From the NCBI GenBank assembly GCA_964035545.1, contig OZ037766.1, positions 744,001 to 808,000 of the forward strand: a stretch of 64,000 nt of DNA. Reading direction: 5' to 3'. Origin of the DNA: Bugula neritina. Lineage: Eukaryota > Animalia > Bryozoa. The translations under genes and the position numbers were made by a program. The notes below the pieces were generated by a model. It saw only the letters and a list, made by a program, of their open reading frames with translations. It had not been told where the DNA came from and did no database searches. Positions 62,739 to 64,000 of the stretch are shown in pieces. How positions within the stretch are numbered: position 1 is the stretch's first letter; each line of letters starts with the position of its first letter.

Positions 62739-64000
62739 TCACTCCCTCCATGTCCCATCGTCGTTGTCGGTCTGACGTCGTTCCAGCCGGATCAGTCGTC
62801 GTCGCAATTGTGTCAGATCTTCCTCACACCGTGCCACGCGGCGCCGTAAGTGGCGCACCTCCTCTTCTAGTTGCGGTCGGGAGCGGAGTGTGTTGCGCTC
62901 CGGGTGTTGTCTGCGCTCTGGGTGGTGTCTGCTTGCCGCCGAGGAGCGGGGATCCAGGTCCGATGTACCGGGTCTGGCACCATCTCCGACCCTTGTCAGC
63001 ATGACCCGAAGAGGCTGGGTGGCTGCTGGTTGGAGGGCGGCGGCGGGTTCTCCGTCTTCTTCTTGAATTGCTCTGCACGCCGGAAACCCTTGGCCGAGGG
63101 TGGCACGCTTGTGGGGGTCCGCGACGTGCGGCAGGATGAGGTCCCGGAACTCCGGAAATGTGGCCTGATCCACGGTGAACACGTGACCTGAGTGGCAGCG
63201 CGAGATGCGCTGGTGGCGCAGCACATAATCCCGCTGGTAGGAGTATTCGCCGCAAGGGCAGAATACATTGATGAAATGTTGTGGGGCGTGAACACGCAAC
63301 CGCCGGGAGGAGGAGAATTTCCTCCGACATTGCCGGCAGATGCGGTTGCCCGCTGCCCCGCATGCTTCACTAATCTGCTGATTAGTGTCGCGAGAGACCC
63401 AGGACTGGCGGGCGACCAGTGCCTGGGGTAGAGCCAAGGTGGGGGTGTCACTGTCTTCAGCTCGAGTAGAGGAGGGCACACCGCATAGTATTCCCTGTTC
63501 CTCCCCGGCGGCTAATTGTAGCTCAACTGGGTTGGCGACAGGGTCACTATTCATGGTGGATAGCACCTCAGTCCGGTCTGTGGCGACCCGCGGGCTGCAA
63601 GGAGCCGTCACGGGGCTGGTGGAGGGGGGGAGTCGACTCGACTGACCTCCACCTCATCACACTCCATTGCAGTGTCTACAATAGACAGCAGAGGCCGAGT
63701 AAGGCCGGTCTCGCCGTCGCCGAAATTCGGCATCGCCTTATAGGGTACTTTGTGGGTGGTAGGGAGCCGAGGTGAGTCATGGAGAGTGACTGACCCTATG
63801 TCCTGGTCTAATAAAAACTCATTTAGAGAGTCTTCTCCAAAACTCACATCGACTTCCTCCGTTAATAAACTAGATTCTAACAAATCTAAACTAGCCCAAT
63901 TAATTACAGTTGAGTCAGACTCCGGTACGGGAGGCTCTGACTCTAATGAAATACCTGTGTTTGTAGTGTTGTTACCGGGAAGAGTAATACCCATATCCAA
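62739..64000 (-). CDS. ORF3 homologue of element C, split into two frames (63608-64000 acidic part; 62739-63611 zinc-finger/coiled-coil part)
   Basis: CRQC...HAPQH and FCPCGEYSYQRDYVLRHQR..C align with ORF3 of A/B; upstream frame LESSLL...LLDQD...HDS aligns with IESELL...LLDLE...HDS. Confidence 0.85.

Larger units (their letters stand above)
62185..64000 (-). mobile_element. 3' end of a second, divergent Ty3/gypsy-type LTR element (element C); continues beyond the window
   Basis: ORF3 homologue, T-rich 3' UTR, hairpin + GGGGG PPT, and LTR with TGTGATA...TATCACA termini; flank GTAT is the candidate TSD. Confidence 0.85.

Overview
AT-rich invertebrate (metazoan) genomic DNA with spliced genes and minisatellite-filled introns; not prokaryotic. 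Host genes: POLE3/CHRAC17 (+), a GPI-type Ly6/three-finger protein (+), ZCCHC7/Air1-like (-), two tandem OFA/OxlT-like MFS transporter paralogues (-), a RING-B-box-coiled-coil-beta-propeller TRIM-like gene (+) and a divergent MAPKAPK2-like kinase (-). Two apparently identical, intact 7538-bp Ty3/gypsy LTR retrotransposons (17013-24550 +, 26666-34203 -) were inserted independently (TSDs CTAG and CTAT) tail-to-tail around coding exons 1-2 of the first MFS gene. The 3' end of a third, divergent relative lies at 62185-64000. Main candidate novelty: both families carry, at the env position, a conserved non-env ORF3 with an acidic N-terminus, C2H2 + C2HC zinc fingers, a PxVxL/LxVxL HP1-type motif and a C-terminal coiled coil. 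Their LTR U3 regions hold palindromic sites, including a phased array of six CCGA-N3-TCGG motifs. This suggests a retrotransposon-encoded transcription/chromatin regulator with cognate cis-sites. Also present: a -1 frameshift signal with pseudoknot, several MITEs, a LINE 3' fragment and a THAP/Harbinger-like relic. All gene models were read by eye from GT-AG junctions; no database search was run.
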